This document shows positions 1-12,282 of a stretch of DNA of 64,000 bases, one piece after another. The stretch covers positions 6,200,001 to 6,264,000 of the forward strand of contig JAWMAR010000052.1 in the NCBI GenBank assembly GCA_036785375.1. The letters are read 5' to 3'. The DNA is from Leucoraja ocellata (taxonomy: Eukaryota). Under the pieces are notes generated by a model. It was not told the origin of the DNA. It did no database searches and worked only from the letters and a program-made list of their open reading frames with translations. A program made the translations under genes and the position numbers. The stretch's first letter is position 1. Each line of letters opens with the position of its first letter.

Positions 1-596
1 GCCCGCACATAATCCATATTCCTCCATTCCCTGCACTCCACCCACGCGTTTATCCTGAAGCCTCTGAAACACCACTATTGTATCTGCCTCCATCACCCTG
101 GGCAGTGGGTTCCAGACAAAAATAGAACCTTCATGCTCAAACGTTCACTCCTTCCCCAGTTTTTCACCTGAAACTTACTAATTAATATTGAGACGTGTAC
201 TGTTATGTCCTGTTTTACCATTTTCTCCTATCCCCACCCCTCAAGTCCCCATTTATAAAGAATCATTGCCCAATTCCTGATCAGTTCCTCCTTGTCCAGA
301 TTCCTGGAGTTTTATTTTGCTGCTATCTATCCAATTTGTGATTGGAAGCCACGTGTGAATCTGATTCCATTTTGCTCTGGCAGTGAATCCTGAATCAGTA
401 TTACATGCAAAGGTTTTCCGCTCATCACCAGTGTTCTTTCAGCTTTTCCTGCGTTTGTGTGTGATCTTTCAACCTATTAGATTGTTCTCCACCCCCTCTC
501 CTCCAAAGGGAATAATTGCAGTTCCCCTACTTTATCTGTATACTTGTGTGTTGTTACTGAGTGCCTCTCCGTCACTGGTCTGTGTCTCTCACACAG

Positions 597-756
597 AAAA
601 TGATGTTGAGTTTCCACGAAGAACAGCAAGGCCTGCCGGAAAACTTCCTCGCTTCCTTTCCCTCGCTGATTAAAGTGGACGTGCACACGAAAGTGACAGA
701 TCCCAGTGTCGCTAAGAGTATGATGGGCTGTTTGCTTTCTTCCTTAAAAGCTGACG
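597..756 (+). CDS. OGA: O-GlcNAcase (OGA/MGEA5 family), penultimate coding exon; gene continues upstream of window
   Basis: [53 protein letters not shown] matches the C-terminal pseudo-HAT region of vertebrate OGA; acceptor cacag| and donor |gtaagg; 160 nt, phase 0 to 1. Ortholog vs paralog unresolved. Confidence 0.9.
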
Positions 757-844
757 GTAAGGACCTCTCTTTTCTTCCAAGTGTTTTACCTCCATCTGTG
801 AGTAGGAAGTGCATTGTTCAGTGGCATTTATTCTTCCTTCCTAG

Positions 845-1390
845 ACCAGTCTTAGCATCGTACCGTACGGAAACAGACCCTTCAGCCCAATTCGTCCATG
901 CTGACCAGTGGCCATCTAAGCTTGTCCCATTTGCCTGTGTTTGGGCCATACCCCTCTAAACCTTTCCTATCCATGTATCCGTCCAAGTGTCTTGTAAATG
1001 TTATAGTACCTACATCGACTACATACTCTGGCAGCTCATTCCATATACCCACTAGCCTCTGAGTGAAAACGTTGCCCCTCGGGTTCCTATTAAGTCTTTC
1101 CCCCCTCATCTTAAACCAATGCCCTCAATTTTTGGATTTCTCTACCTTGAGTACTGAGGGGTAACTTTTTCACAAAGGGTGGTGGATGTATGGAACGAGC
1201 TGCTGGAGGAAGTAGTTAAAGCAGATACTATCGCAACGTTCAAGAAACATTTAGACGGGTACATGGATAGAACAGATTTAGACGGATATAGGCCAAACGC
1301 AGGGAGGTGGGACTAGTGTAGATGGGACATGTTGGTCGGTGTGGGTATGTTGGGCTGAAGGACCTATTTCCATGCTGTATGACTATGACA
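845..1390. mobile_element. Two opposed CR1-clade LINE 3' fragments in the last OGA intron
   Basis: ORF 882..1109 RGERLNRNPRGNVFTQRLVGIWNELP is a CR1 ORF2 C-terminus; second copy 1155-1390 on + ending in (CTATGA)n tail. Confidence 0.8.
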
Positions 1391-1490
1391 AATGACGTTG
1401 TCACACCCCTGTATGTTGGTTCTGCCAATTTCCACTATCGCTCAACATGCACTGTCTGTCCCAAGAGCTAATGGACTGTTTTGTTTCCAG

Positions 1491-1627
1491 GGTCTCGAGG
1501 AGCTTTCTGTGAAGTGAAACCCAGCGACAGGCGAGGGTTGGAGTTTTACAGCAAACTGGGCTTCCTGGAGCTGGCCAAGATGGAGGGATTCCCCAAGGAG
1601 ATGCTGGTGCTGGGAAGGAATTTGTAA
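1491..1627 (+). CDS. OGA: O-GlcNAcase, last coding exon with TAA stop
   Basis: ttccag| then (G)[44 protein letters not shown], resembling the OGA C-terminus; phase fits previous exon. Not in ORF track (no ATG-led ORF). Confidence 0.9.
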
Positions 1628-4600
1628 CGTGCAGCCTCTTCAACGTAGTGTAATTAAAGGATGTGTATAATTAAATGTATCTAAATTTAGCCTTAAGCTG
1701 AATAACCTGTGTTTAATAATGTTTTATATTTTATCTTTTTAATTTGCAATACACAAGGTGAACTCGACATGGAACTTTGTGAAGTGGGTGAGCTTCCAAT
1801 GATGCAATAACAGTTATTTGATCTCCTTCCCCTTCTGACATTTCATCCCAGCCTTGCCTCCAAATATCGGGGAGTCTGAAGTTTCTCGTTTGGAATCTGG
1901 GAACTTGGCCTCTGAGTAGGAAACTACTCGGTCCACTGCCCACGCCATTCAAAAAGAGAGTGGTTTAGACTATCCACTGCCTGATTGCAGTCCTGGTGTG
2001 AGCATGCTGTTAAAGCAGCCATTTTGCCATCACAAGGTGGCTGTGTTTATAACTGACCACCCACAGGAGTAATTGGAGTTCTTCATCCCTGGAGCCCAGT
2101 TCATTTTCACTAAGTGAGATTTTAGGGCTTCAGTCGGTGATTTTAAGAGTTTGCTTTCTGCAGCATGTATGCATCTGTGAAAACTAATGACCTTTTGATA
2201 CCTCTCTTTGAAGGCACTTTATAAGTAGTGAATCTCGATCTGAATGGTTAGTGGAATTGCTCTCCGGAGAAAGGAATGAAATGTTGACATTGGAAATGAG
2301 CACAGCAGTACTGGACTGCATACTGGGCCTGTCAACGTTTGTAAAGAAAGACGGGTTAATAATTTGGGTGGATCAGAACGTAATTAAATGTACGTGAAAC
2401 CATTGAGTGTGGTGGGAGAGCTTGTTTGTACGCCAGCCCCATGAAGCTGTCATGCACTGGGGGGGGGAGGGGTTACCTGCACTTACTGAAGGAATCCATT
2501 CCAGGTTGCTCATCAGCAGTGTGCCAGCGTTCTCTCAGGCGTGCGCGACAGACCTGTCAGTTGCAGCTTGGTTTTGCCGCCAGTGGTGCAAACTGCTGGC
2601 CTTGGAGAGCGGGAGACCCCGACATCTGCTGCAGCTGGCCGTCGATTTGAGAGAAGGCCATGAGGCTGGGTCGAGACGGCAATCACTGTGAACTTCCAGC
2701 AACCCAGGAAGCAATGAGCACTTATTACAAACTATACATTATTGAAGTTCAGTGTAAACTATTGTAGATTGGAAGGTGCGTGTACAATTAAAGTCAAATG
2801 TCAAGTTCATTTAAAACAAAAAGTGGCCGTTATCCTTAATCTAAGAGTATTGCAGTTCACATTGAGGCCTGAAATGTGGGTAAGTAGTTCTTCTCTGGCC
2901 TTGCTTGGAGCCAGCTCCAGGAATGGTCAAAATGATTAAACCCACCAGCCTCACTAGCTCTGTGTGTCCTGACAGGGTTCCTAACTTACTGGCTGCACAT
3001 TTGTGGCATTATGTTCAAAGACATCAATGATTGTTGACTTGTTGCCTGTTAGATACAGAGCAGAAAACTAGAATTGGAAAAAGCCCCAAGAGAACTGGAC
3101 AGTGTTAGTCTGGTAGCCAAGTTCCTGCTATTGGCCCATATCCCACTAAACCTTGCCTATCCATGTACCTGTCCTAAGTATCTTTGCTGTTGTACCTGCT
3201 TGCAAAAGAAAAAGTTCCAGTCTGGAAACACAGCAGGGTAACATCGTGTTTTGGGCTGACCTAAGATGGATATATAAAAGTCTTCATGCACAATCTGTAT
3301 CTGGGAGTTAAATGTCCATATCCAATGACATTAAACAAATTCACCTGTGTTTCCAGCAATATCTTGGATAACTAGGTCTCTTTGAGCATCTTGCACTCAA
3401 ATTTTAGCCCTCAAGAGTCATAAAGTGTGCAAACTACCCTTTTGGCCCAACCTGCCCACAGTCATCTGTACACCAGTTCTATCCTACACATCGGGTACAA
3501 TTTACAGAATTAACCTCAGACTTGGTGGGCAGAAGGGCCTGTTTCCGTGCTGTATCTCTAAATTAAACTAAACCCCTGTCATGGGCTTGCGGGTGTTACT
3601 GCTTCATCCTTTACTTTCTTGCATCTGCACAGATGGTGCCAACCAAGGGAAGTGGGACTGTGGTCTGAGATTGTGGTCACTACACAGGCAATACAGTTTG
3701 TATGAAGTCTGTGGCTGCAAGCCAAAGGAGTGCACCTGTATTAAACTTCTAGCTATGTTCATCAGTTGTCCTCTGCTCTGGTAAAACCAAAAATGCACCT
3801 AGCATTTTCCTCACAAATCTGTGACTTTGACTGTGTCTAATTTACAGATAAAGTGTAGAAACAGGCACACGGAGTCCATGCTGACTGACCATTGATCAAA
3901 TATACAGTAGTTATACACATGAGAGGCAATTTAGAGGGCCAATTGACCTACAAACCTGCACATCTTTGTAATGCGGAAGGAAACTAGAGCGCCTGGAGGA
4001 AACCCAGGGTCACAGGGGGACACACATAGTCAGGATTGAACCTGGGTCTCTGGTGCTGTGAGGCAGCAGCTCTAACGCTGGGCTGAAACCAACAGCTGGA
4101 GAACCTGATATGGATGAACCCACAAACAGGGAGAATTGTGTAGTGATTGGACTAGTTGTGTTGCTGTTCATGGGGGGGCCCCGTGCTAGTTTTCGACTTG
4201 CCAACCCTGGGGAAAAGATTGTATCTCATGGTGCTCCTCAGCCACTCTCCAGGGGAAAGAAGTCCCAGCCTCCAATCACGGTAACTGTCCGCATGTTCTC
4301 TCTAACTCCCCAGCTAAACGTTCCCATGCAAAACATCGCCTGTCCATTCCCTCCACAGATGCTGCTTGACCCACTGAGTTCCTCCAGCACTTTTTTTTTG
4401 CTCAAGATTCCAGCATCTGCAGTTGTCTAACCAATTTGGTTTCTGTTTCCACGGATGCTGCCAGACCACTGTGTGTTTCAGCATTTGTTATTTCAATTTT
4501 TTCCCTGTGGCAATATGCCGTTTCCTCCCTCATCCAAAAGACGTGCAGGTTGGTAGGTAAATTGGCTTCTTTGAATTGTCCCTAGAGTTTAATGTTCGTT

Positions 4601-5039
4601 GGCTGGGCCAAAGGGCCTGTTTCCACGATGTACATCTAAACAATTAGTCAACAGAACTCTTTAAAAAATTTTTTTTTTTAAAACACATTCCTTCGCTGGT
4701 GAAGGGTCCAGACCTGAAACTACATCTGTCCACTTCACAGATGGTGCCCGACCTGCTGAGCTCCTCTAGCACTATGGGCTTTGCTCAAAGTCCCAGCATC
4801 TGCAGTTCCTTGTGATGCCTTGGCAAGTTTAGGTTCTGTCCACAAGGTGGAGACAGAACACCAGTTTGAGATCTGGGACCTGACTCTCGCCAACAACCTG
4901 ATCTTAATGCAGCTGTTTGGGGAACATGACGAACATTAATGTCATTTATTAAAATGTAAAAGCTTTTACAGAGACAACACAGCAGGATTGGATAACTTCA
5001 TTAAAATGAGATCAATTAATCCGGATGTTGGTGAACCAG

Positions 5040-5530
5040 AATCATACAGTATAGAAACTGGCCCTTTGGGCCATCTCATCCATGCCAACCAAGATGCTCC
5101 ATCTTAACTAGTCCCATTAGGGCCCATTATCCCTCTGATCCTTTCAAACCATATACCTGTCCAAGCATAATTTAAATGGTATAGTACCTGCGTTAACTAC
5201 CTCCTCTGGCAGCTCGTTCAATGTATCCACCACCCTTGGTGTGAAAAGGCTGCCCCTCAGATTACTATTAAATCTTTCCCCTCTCACCTTCAAACCATGT
5301 CCTCTAATTCTTTATTCATCTACCTTGGGTAACAGCTCTGTGCATTCACCCTTTTCATCTCATGATTTTATACAACTATAAGATTACCCCTCAGCCTCCT
5401 GCACTCCAAGGAAGAGTCCTAGCTTGTTCAAGCTCTTGCTATTGCTCAGGAATTTGAGTCCTAGGAATATCCTCAAATCTTCTCTGCACTCCTTCCAGCT
5501 TAATGGCATCTTTGCTTTAGCAGGGTGACC
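5040..5530 (-). mobile_element. CR1-clade LINE 3' fragment
   Basis: Reverse complement of the recurrent CR1 ORF2 end and tail. Confidence 0.75.
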
Positions 5531-5879
5531 CAAGTTAATATTTGACGAGTTTAAAGAAGTTCCCGACCCGAAATGTCACCTGTCCATTCCCTCCACAGAT
5601 GCTGCCTGACCCACTGAGTTCCTCCCACACTTTGTGTTTTGATTGTGATTACAACACCCGCAGTTCTTTGTGTCTCTATTAGATGGTACTTTTTCCCCAT
5701 TCATCCCCAGAAAGGTGATAGGGTGGAAACAGGCCCTTCAGCCCAACTTGCCCATCCCTTGCTAGCACAACGCCCACCACTTTGTGAACCTCTCCCTGGG
5801 CACGGTACCAGTGAGTAGGGAGGGGTTTCAGGATCTTTGATCATACCCTAGTGTCTGTGACAGTGCAGGGATTCACGAC

Positions 5880-6197
5880 AAGAGAAAGGAGCAGAATTTA
5901 GGCCATTCAGCACATCGAGTGCTCCGCCATTCAATTATGGCTAATCTATCTTTTCCACAACTCCATTCCCTGTGACCTTTGACACCCTTACTAATCAAAA
6001 ACCTATCAATCTCTGCTTTAAAAACACCTGTTGACTTAGCCTCCAGCACCGTCTGTAGCAACAAATTCCACAGATTCACCACCCTCAGGCCCAAAGGAAG
6101 AGGTCCAATGTTCATGTCATAGGAGCAGGAGTAGGCCATTCGACTCAGATTTGGCCTCCATCGCTGTCTGTGGCAAAGAATTTGCAGAGATTCACCA
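5880..6197 (-). mobile_element. CR1-clade 3' fragments forming the start of the POLL 3' UTR
   Basis: RVVNLWN...GVFKAEIDRFL in ORF 5873..6139; tail aatggcctactcctgctcctatg. Confidence 0.75.
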
Positions 6198-6550
6198 GTC
6201 CCTCTCCCGCGGCTCTCTGTACACCAGGCCCAGCTTCTCGAAGACTGCCTCCTCGCTGGGGGTGGGGACGGAGATGCCGGCAGCGACTTTGGTGCCGCCC
6301 TTCCTGAGGACCCGGCAGCTGAGCGAGTGCTCCGACAGGCTCATGTCCCTAGTCTTGGCCAGGGCTCGCATGGAACGGTTAAAGTGGGCCGACCCAGTGA
6401 AGTAGAGCAAGGCGCAGGCGAACTCCGCGTACGGCACCACGATGATGTCCAGCCGCCGGTAGCGCCGCCCGGCTCCCGGGAGCCGGCAGACGCCCAGGTA
6501 CTTGACTTGGTTCCTGTTCTCCAGACTGACCAGGTCATCCGTGATAAACC
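6192..6550 (-). CDS. POLL: DNA polymerase lambda, last coding exon (palm end and thumb)
   Basis: (G)[61 protein letters not shown]...REPRERDW*; third catalytic Asp (RLDII) and YFTGS motif; acceptor ctag. Confidence 0.97.
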
Positions 6551-7372
6551 CTAGCAGCAGAAAATTCAGCGGTCAATAAACTGCAAAACAATCAGGCCCC
6601 CATTCACGGAGTGAACCATGTCAAACGAGTGTATCCTGAAATAAAAAGAGAACATTCTACAAACCTTCAGCAGGTCAGGCAGCATCTGTGGGAAGGATCC
6701 TCAAGCTTGTTTATCTCTCCACTGTCGCTGCCTGACCTAACGAGTGTTTCTGGCATTTCTGTTTGTTTTTGGTTTACTCCGTTAATGCGGGCCTGATTTA
6801 GCACAGGACCAGGCCCTTTGGGCCATAATGCCCATATTAAACATGATGACAAGTTAAACTGACCTAATTTGCCTGTACATGATCCATATCCCTTAACTCC
6901 CTGCACTTCCATAGGCCCATCTAAAGCCTCTTAAATGCCACTATCACTCCAGGCAATACAGTCCAGCACCTAGATGTAAATACTTGAACCGCACGTCTCC
7001 GTTAAACTTTCTCCCTCTCACCTTAAAGCTACATTTCCATCCTGGGAAAGAGGTTCTGACTATCTATGGCTCCCTTAATTGTATATACTTCTATCAAGTC
7101 ACCCTCCAACGCTCCAGAGAAAACAATCTAAAAGTTCACCCATCTCCTTTTAGCAGAAACCCTCTAATGAATAATTCTGGTCTACTTCCGGTGCACCCTC
7201 TCCAAAGCCTACACATCTCCCTGTATTCGGGTGACCAGAACAGCACTCAATACTCGCAATAACTCCAAAATTTGGTTTTCCTCTGGAGATACCCTGCCTC
7301 TGAACCCGGGATGCCTCTGAACCTAAACCTTGTGAGTTGTGAGTATGAGTTGCCGCACCAGCCCATGCTCAC

Positions 7373-7541
7373 CATCGCTGCGCAGACCGTCGAGGAGTTT
7401 GTTGAAGACGCCTCGGTGCGAATGTCCATCGGGGTGGGTGATGAGGATGTCCACGTCCCCGCAGGTGGGCTTCCCCCGTCGGAACGAACCGCAGGCGAGG
7501 CCGACCAGGCCCGGGTTGATGGAATGGGCCATGTCACAAAC
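7373..7541 (-). CDS. POLL: DNA polymerase lambda exon with catalytic GDVD
   Basis: [56 protein letters not shown]; X-family GSxRRG and DxD motifs; 169 nt, AG/GT boundaries. Confidence 0.97.
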
Positions 7542-7924
7542 CTGGACAGCACAGGGCACACAGTCATGCAGCACGGAAACAGGCCCTTTGGCTAAACTCG
7601 TCTATGCCGATCAAGATGCCCCACCTGCGCTTGTCCCTTCTGCCAGCAATTGGCCCATATCCCTCTCAACTTTTCTTTAAGCTTAGTTTAGTTTATTAAA
7701 AGTCACGTGTACTGAAGTACAGTGTAAAGCTTTTTGTTGCGTGCTATCCAATTAACAAAAGACTACAAATGATCACACTCAAGCCGTCCACAGTGTACAA
7801 ATACAAGATAATGGTAATAACGTTTAGTGCAAGATGAAGTCCAATAAAGTCCATTAAAGATAGTTCAATGGCCTCCAATGAGGTAGATAAGAGGTCAGGA
7901 CCACACTCTAGCTGGTGAGAAGAC

Positions 7925-8307
7925 CGGTCTGCATTAACCAACCTGATCTCCCAGTGGCTCAGCACTTCAACTTCACCTCCCATTCCGAATTCGACCTTTC
8001 TGTCCTGGGCCTCCTCCAACGCCAGAGTGAGCACCACCAGATATTGGAGGAGCAGCATCTCATATTCCGCTTGGGCAGTTTGCACCCTAGCGGCATAAAC
8101 ATTGACTTCTCCAATTTCCGGTAGCCCTTGCTGTCTCCTCCCCTTCTCAGCCCTTGGGCTCCTCCTCTTCCTTTCTCCTTTCTTCTCTCCGCCCCCCACC
8201 CCAGCCCACATCAGTCTGAAGAAGGGTTTCGGCCCGAAATGTTGCCTATTTCCTTCGCTCCATAGATGCTGCTGCACCCGCTGAGTTTCTCCAGCACTTT
8301 TGTCTAC
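7925..8307 (+). mobile_element. Penelope-like element 3' end (GIY-YIG C-terminus plus terminal repeat) nested in a Rex1 fragment
   Basis: DLPVAQHFN...DLSVLGL...EEQHLIFRLGSLHPSGINIDF; perfect 13-bp TSD CTGGTGAGAAGAC at 7912-7924 and 8308-8320. Confidence 0.85.
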
Positions 8308-9077
8308 CTGGTGAGAAGACTGTTCTGTTGACTGATAAGAAAGTGTCCCTGAATCTCTATGTAACCCTGCATGCATTTTCAAACTCTTGTACCTTTTGCC
8401 TGCCTGACCCACCTCTGACTTTTAAATATTGTTATTGTACCTGCCTCAACTACCTCCCTCTGACAACTCATTGCCAGTGGAGAAAGTTGTGATAGGTTTG
8501 CAAATAAAGTTCTGATTCCCTGTAAAGTGTAGTGAAGACTGTATTTATCAGACAGAACCTGCCTGATAATTTGCCGCAGGGCAGATTCAGGAGAAAGCCT
8601 TCAGTCTTGAAGCATGGTTTTGACCAAAAAAATGACCGTCCCTTCCGCCCCTTGCCGCCCCCCCCCCCATAGATGCGGGTCGACCCACCGTACAAACTGC
8701 AAGCTAAAAACCGAAGAAGGGTCTCGATCGAAATGTCGCCCATTCCTTCTCTCCAAAGATACTGCCTGTCCCCGCTTAGTTACTCCAGCTTTTTGTGTTT
8801 ATCTTCGGTTTAAACCAGCATCTTCAGTTCCTTCCTACACACATTTTTGATTGATTGATTGATTGATTTATAGATACAGCATGGAAACAGGCCGTTCGGC
8901 ACACTGAGTCATTGATCACCCGTTCACACTAGTTCTATGTTATCCCACTTTCACATCCAGTCCCCACATACTAGGAGCAATTTGCTGAGTGCCAATTAAC
9001 CTACAAATCCGCAAGCCTTTGGGGTGTGGGAGTAAACCGGAGTAGCGATGGTTCCACACTCACACAGAGGCACTTAC

Positions 9078-9206
9078 AGTTTTCTCAATCTCAGCTGCCT
9101 CTTCCCTGGGCATGCGATCCAGGAAGTCATGGTAGTGCTTGAGACCTATCGCCTGCTGTCTGGTGAGACTGGCTTTCGTCTTAATGTCCTCCAACGTTCT
9201 GAATCC
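9078..9206 (-). CDS. POLL: DNA polymerase lambda exon (fingers)
   Basis: [43 protein letters not shown]; 129 nt, phase 0/0, donor gtaagt. Confidence 0.96.
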
Positions 9207-9798
9207 CTGCAAAACACAGCAAAGGCACTGAAGCTTTTCGGTGAACAGTGCAAGGGAAAGGAAGGGGCAATGCAGAAGGGATCTTAATTTCCAGAAAAAG
9301 TTCGGTATTTACGAGCCTGGATGGGCTGTGGAAACCTTAATGGGTTAGTTTCTAACAAATACATCAGCATTTATAGAATCATAGTCACATTCTATGCAAG
9401 CAGGCGCTTCGGCCCAACTCATTCATGCTGACCACGTTGTCTAATGGAGCTGGTCCTATTTTCCTGTGTTGGTCAATATCCCTCAGCAGCAGCTTCTTCC
9501 CAAACTACCAACTCCAACTATACTCTGAACGACACTTTCTTGATTACGCAAGGGACTTGGGGCATTATCTTTGTCGTTGCATCATATTGGGTTTTTTTTG
9601 GCATTTGGGAGGAAACTGGAGCACCCGAGAAAACCCACGCAGGACATGGGGTGACCGTACAAACAGCACCCATAGAGAGGATCAAACCCGGGTCTCTGGC
9701 GCTGTGAGGCAGCAACTCGACTGCTGCGCCACTGTGCCACCCTACCAGGTTGAACGTACTGACGGCACTCAGGACTCTGCACACCACGAGCTCCTCAC

Positions 9799-9972
9799 CT
9801 GCTGGTACCACATCTGGGCTGTCTTCACGCCAGCTCCCCAGATGTTGGAAAAGGTCCCCAGCACAGAGACACTGTCGCCCAGGTGATCTAACTTGCGCAG
9901 ATGGCCAGTTTGCAGGATCTCCCAAATCTTCTCGGCCAGCCTCTTGCCGATCCCGGGGATCTCACAGGCTTC
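9799..9972 (-). CDS. POLL: DNA polymerase lambda exon (HhH, dRP-lyase lysine)
   Basis: [58 protein letters not shown]; 174 nt. Confidence 0.97.
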
Positions 9973-10955
9973 CTGCGGAGAGTGAACGGGAGCGATGATG
10001 ATTCCGAAATGCACAAAACCCTGAGAGGGGCAGACTTTCAAAACAAAAAAACATGCAAAAAAAGATGTTGGAAATGCAAAATAAAACATACAATGTCAGA
10101 AATTCTTATCTGGTCAGGCAGCATCTGTGGAGACAGGCGGGCTGAACGTTTCAGGCCCATAGAACTTCTGCTGAGGAATTCCAGATCTGAAACCTCAACC
10201 AGTTCTCTTTTTTTGTTCATTGATTCTCATTCATGGCATTTAAAAGACTTTTGTAAAGGCACATGGACATGCAGAGAAAGGTGGGGCATGGGCTACGTGC
10301 AAGTAGATAATAGGTATAGTGCGGCACATTGGCGTAGCTGTAGAGTGCTACAGATGCTGCTTGAGTCCATGTAGCCGCCAAGGAATGCAGGGGCGATACA
10401 TACTAAGGGACTGTGGTACACTGTGAAATCGACAGAAGGATGGAGGGTTGGGTGTTTATGCGTGCTATTTTCGTGATATTTATTTTAGTTGTTTATCTTT
10501 TAATATTTTATCTTGTATGTATCGTTAGCTTTTAGAAATGTTTGAATGGTGCACTGACCGGCTGACATTTTTAAATTTTGTTGTACATGGTTCATGTTAC
10601 AATGACAATAAAGAAACTATTCTATTCTATTCTATTCATGGTGGGGAGAGTGGTCTGTGTGATGGGTCGGGCGCTCCATCCACAACTCTGTAATTTCTTG
10701 CGGCCTTGGGCAGAGCCGTTCCCAAACCCAGCTGTGATACTAACATGTGTAGGAAGGAACTGCAGATACTGGTTTAAATGGAAGAATGACACAAAAAGCT
10801 GGAGTAACTCAGCGGGACAGGCAGCATCTCTGGAGAAAAGAAATAGGTGGCGTTTCGGTTTGAGACCCTTCCTCAGGCTGAGTTTTTTGTGCTTTTTGTG
10901 TCTTTCTGTGAGATGGAAGCTTCATTCCTTTGGGGAGGCGGTGAGAATGTTTTAC

Positions 10956-11264
10956 CTGATAGGTGGAGATTGGTTTGTGATGGTTCTTCAGGGCGTTGAT
11001 GGCCTTGCTGTATCCCAGCGCTCGCCACTTGTCGCCCTGGTGTGTGTACGCTGTCTCCAACGCCTTCAGCTTGTCCGTGATGGCCTGGTTGTGGTTGAGC
11101 TGCTTGCTTTCCGACGAGCGGGAACACACCCACTTGCCTCTGACAGCGGCTCCGCTGGAGTCGGGGTCCACAGCACCACGCTCGCCCCCAGAGATCAGAG
11201 CTCGCAGGTCACGTTGGGACACACCTTCATCCTCAGACTCGCTGCTACTGTCAGTGTTGGGGAG
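10956..11264 (-). CDS. POLL: DNA polymerase lambda exon (linker end, 8-kDa domain)
   Basis: [14 protein letters not shown]...KWVCSRSS...[47 protein letters not shown]; 309 nt. Confidence 0.96.
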
Positions 11265-11339
11265 CTGCGGAGATATCATAAATGGTGCTCAGTGGCAGGG
11301 TCCCTGGCATGACTGGGTTGAATGACGTACAAGGCGCGT

Positions 11340-11715
11340 TTGACAGCTCAGGGTCTGTACTCGCTGGATGAGGAGGGATCTTATTGAAATCTACCAAATA
11401 ATGAAAGGCCTGGATAGAGTGGACATGGAGAGGATGATTCCACTAGTGGGAGAGTCTAGGATCAGTAGGCACAGCCTCAGAATAAAAGGACACACCTTAG
11501 AAAGGAGATGAGGAAGAATTTCTTTAGTCAGAGGGTGGTAAATCTGTGGAATTCATTGACACAGACAGCTAAGGAGGCCAAGTAATTCGGAATTTTTAAA
11601 GCAGAGATCGACAGGTTCTTAAGGGAGTCAAACGTTACGGGGAGAAGGCAGGAGCATAGCGTTGAGAAGGAAAAATAGATCAGCCATGATTGAATGGCGG
11701 AGCATAATGTTGGGC
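11340..11715 (+). mobile_element. CR1-clade LINE 3' fragment in POLL intron
   Basis: GDLIEIYQIMKGLDRV...EMRKNFFSQRVVNLWNSL type sequence. Confidence 0.75.
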
Positions 11716-11782
11716 AGGATTACATTTCATTGTTCCGTTTCGGGACACATGACAATAAAACACTTGACTCGTGTTTACTTAC

Positions 11783-12282
11783 CTGGGCTGTAGAGGCATG
11801 AAGTTTTTCGCTGCTCTCTGTGATGGCTTGGGGGTGCTGGGCTGCGACTCCCTCTGCCTTTGGGCACAGCGAGCTGGCGTTTGGCGACGGGGTAGGCCGC
11901 CCACTGAGTTCAGGGTGCACGTTCCCGCATTGGCCCTCGTCTCCTGCCGTGGGCGCGGGGAGCGGCGGCTCGGTCGGGAGGAGGTGTCCCGGGGTGCAGA
12001 GGGCGTGGGCCGCAGTGCTCAGCAACCTCCGCTGAGAGATGCAGGAGCTGAGCCAGGCGGAGCGCAGCAGGCAGACGCTGGCTGGCAGCACCTCCAGCCG
12101 CAGCAGGCGGAGGGCACGCTCGGCATCCATCCCATCGTCCACCACCACGTGGGTAACCGCTGGGCCGAAGACCAGGCTGACTTCTCCCCCATTCTGTGCT
12201 ATCTGCTTCTGGAAGATCTCCGTCCGAGCCTTTCCAATCCCGGCTGGTACAATGTACACCGTCACTCCACTCAACCACTGCT
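11783..12282 (-). CDS. POLL: DNA polymerase lambda exon (BRCT domain and Ser/Pro-rich linker)
   Basis: EQWLSGVTVYIVPAGIGKARTEIFQKQIAQNGG...VTHVVVDDGMD...SAWLSSCISQRRLL; 500 nt, phase 1 to 0, donor gtaagt. Confidence 0.95.
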
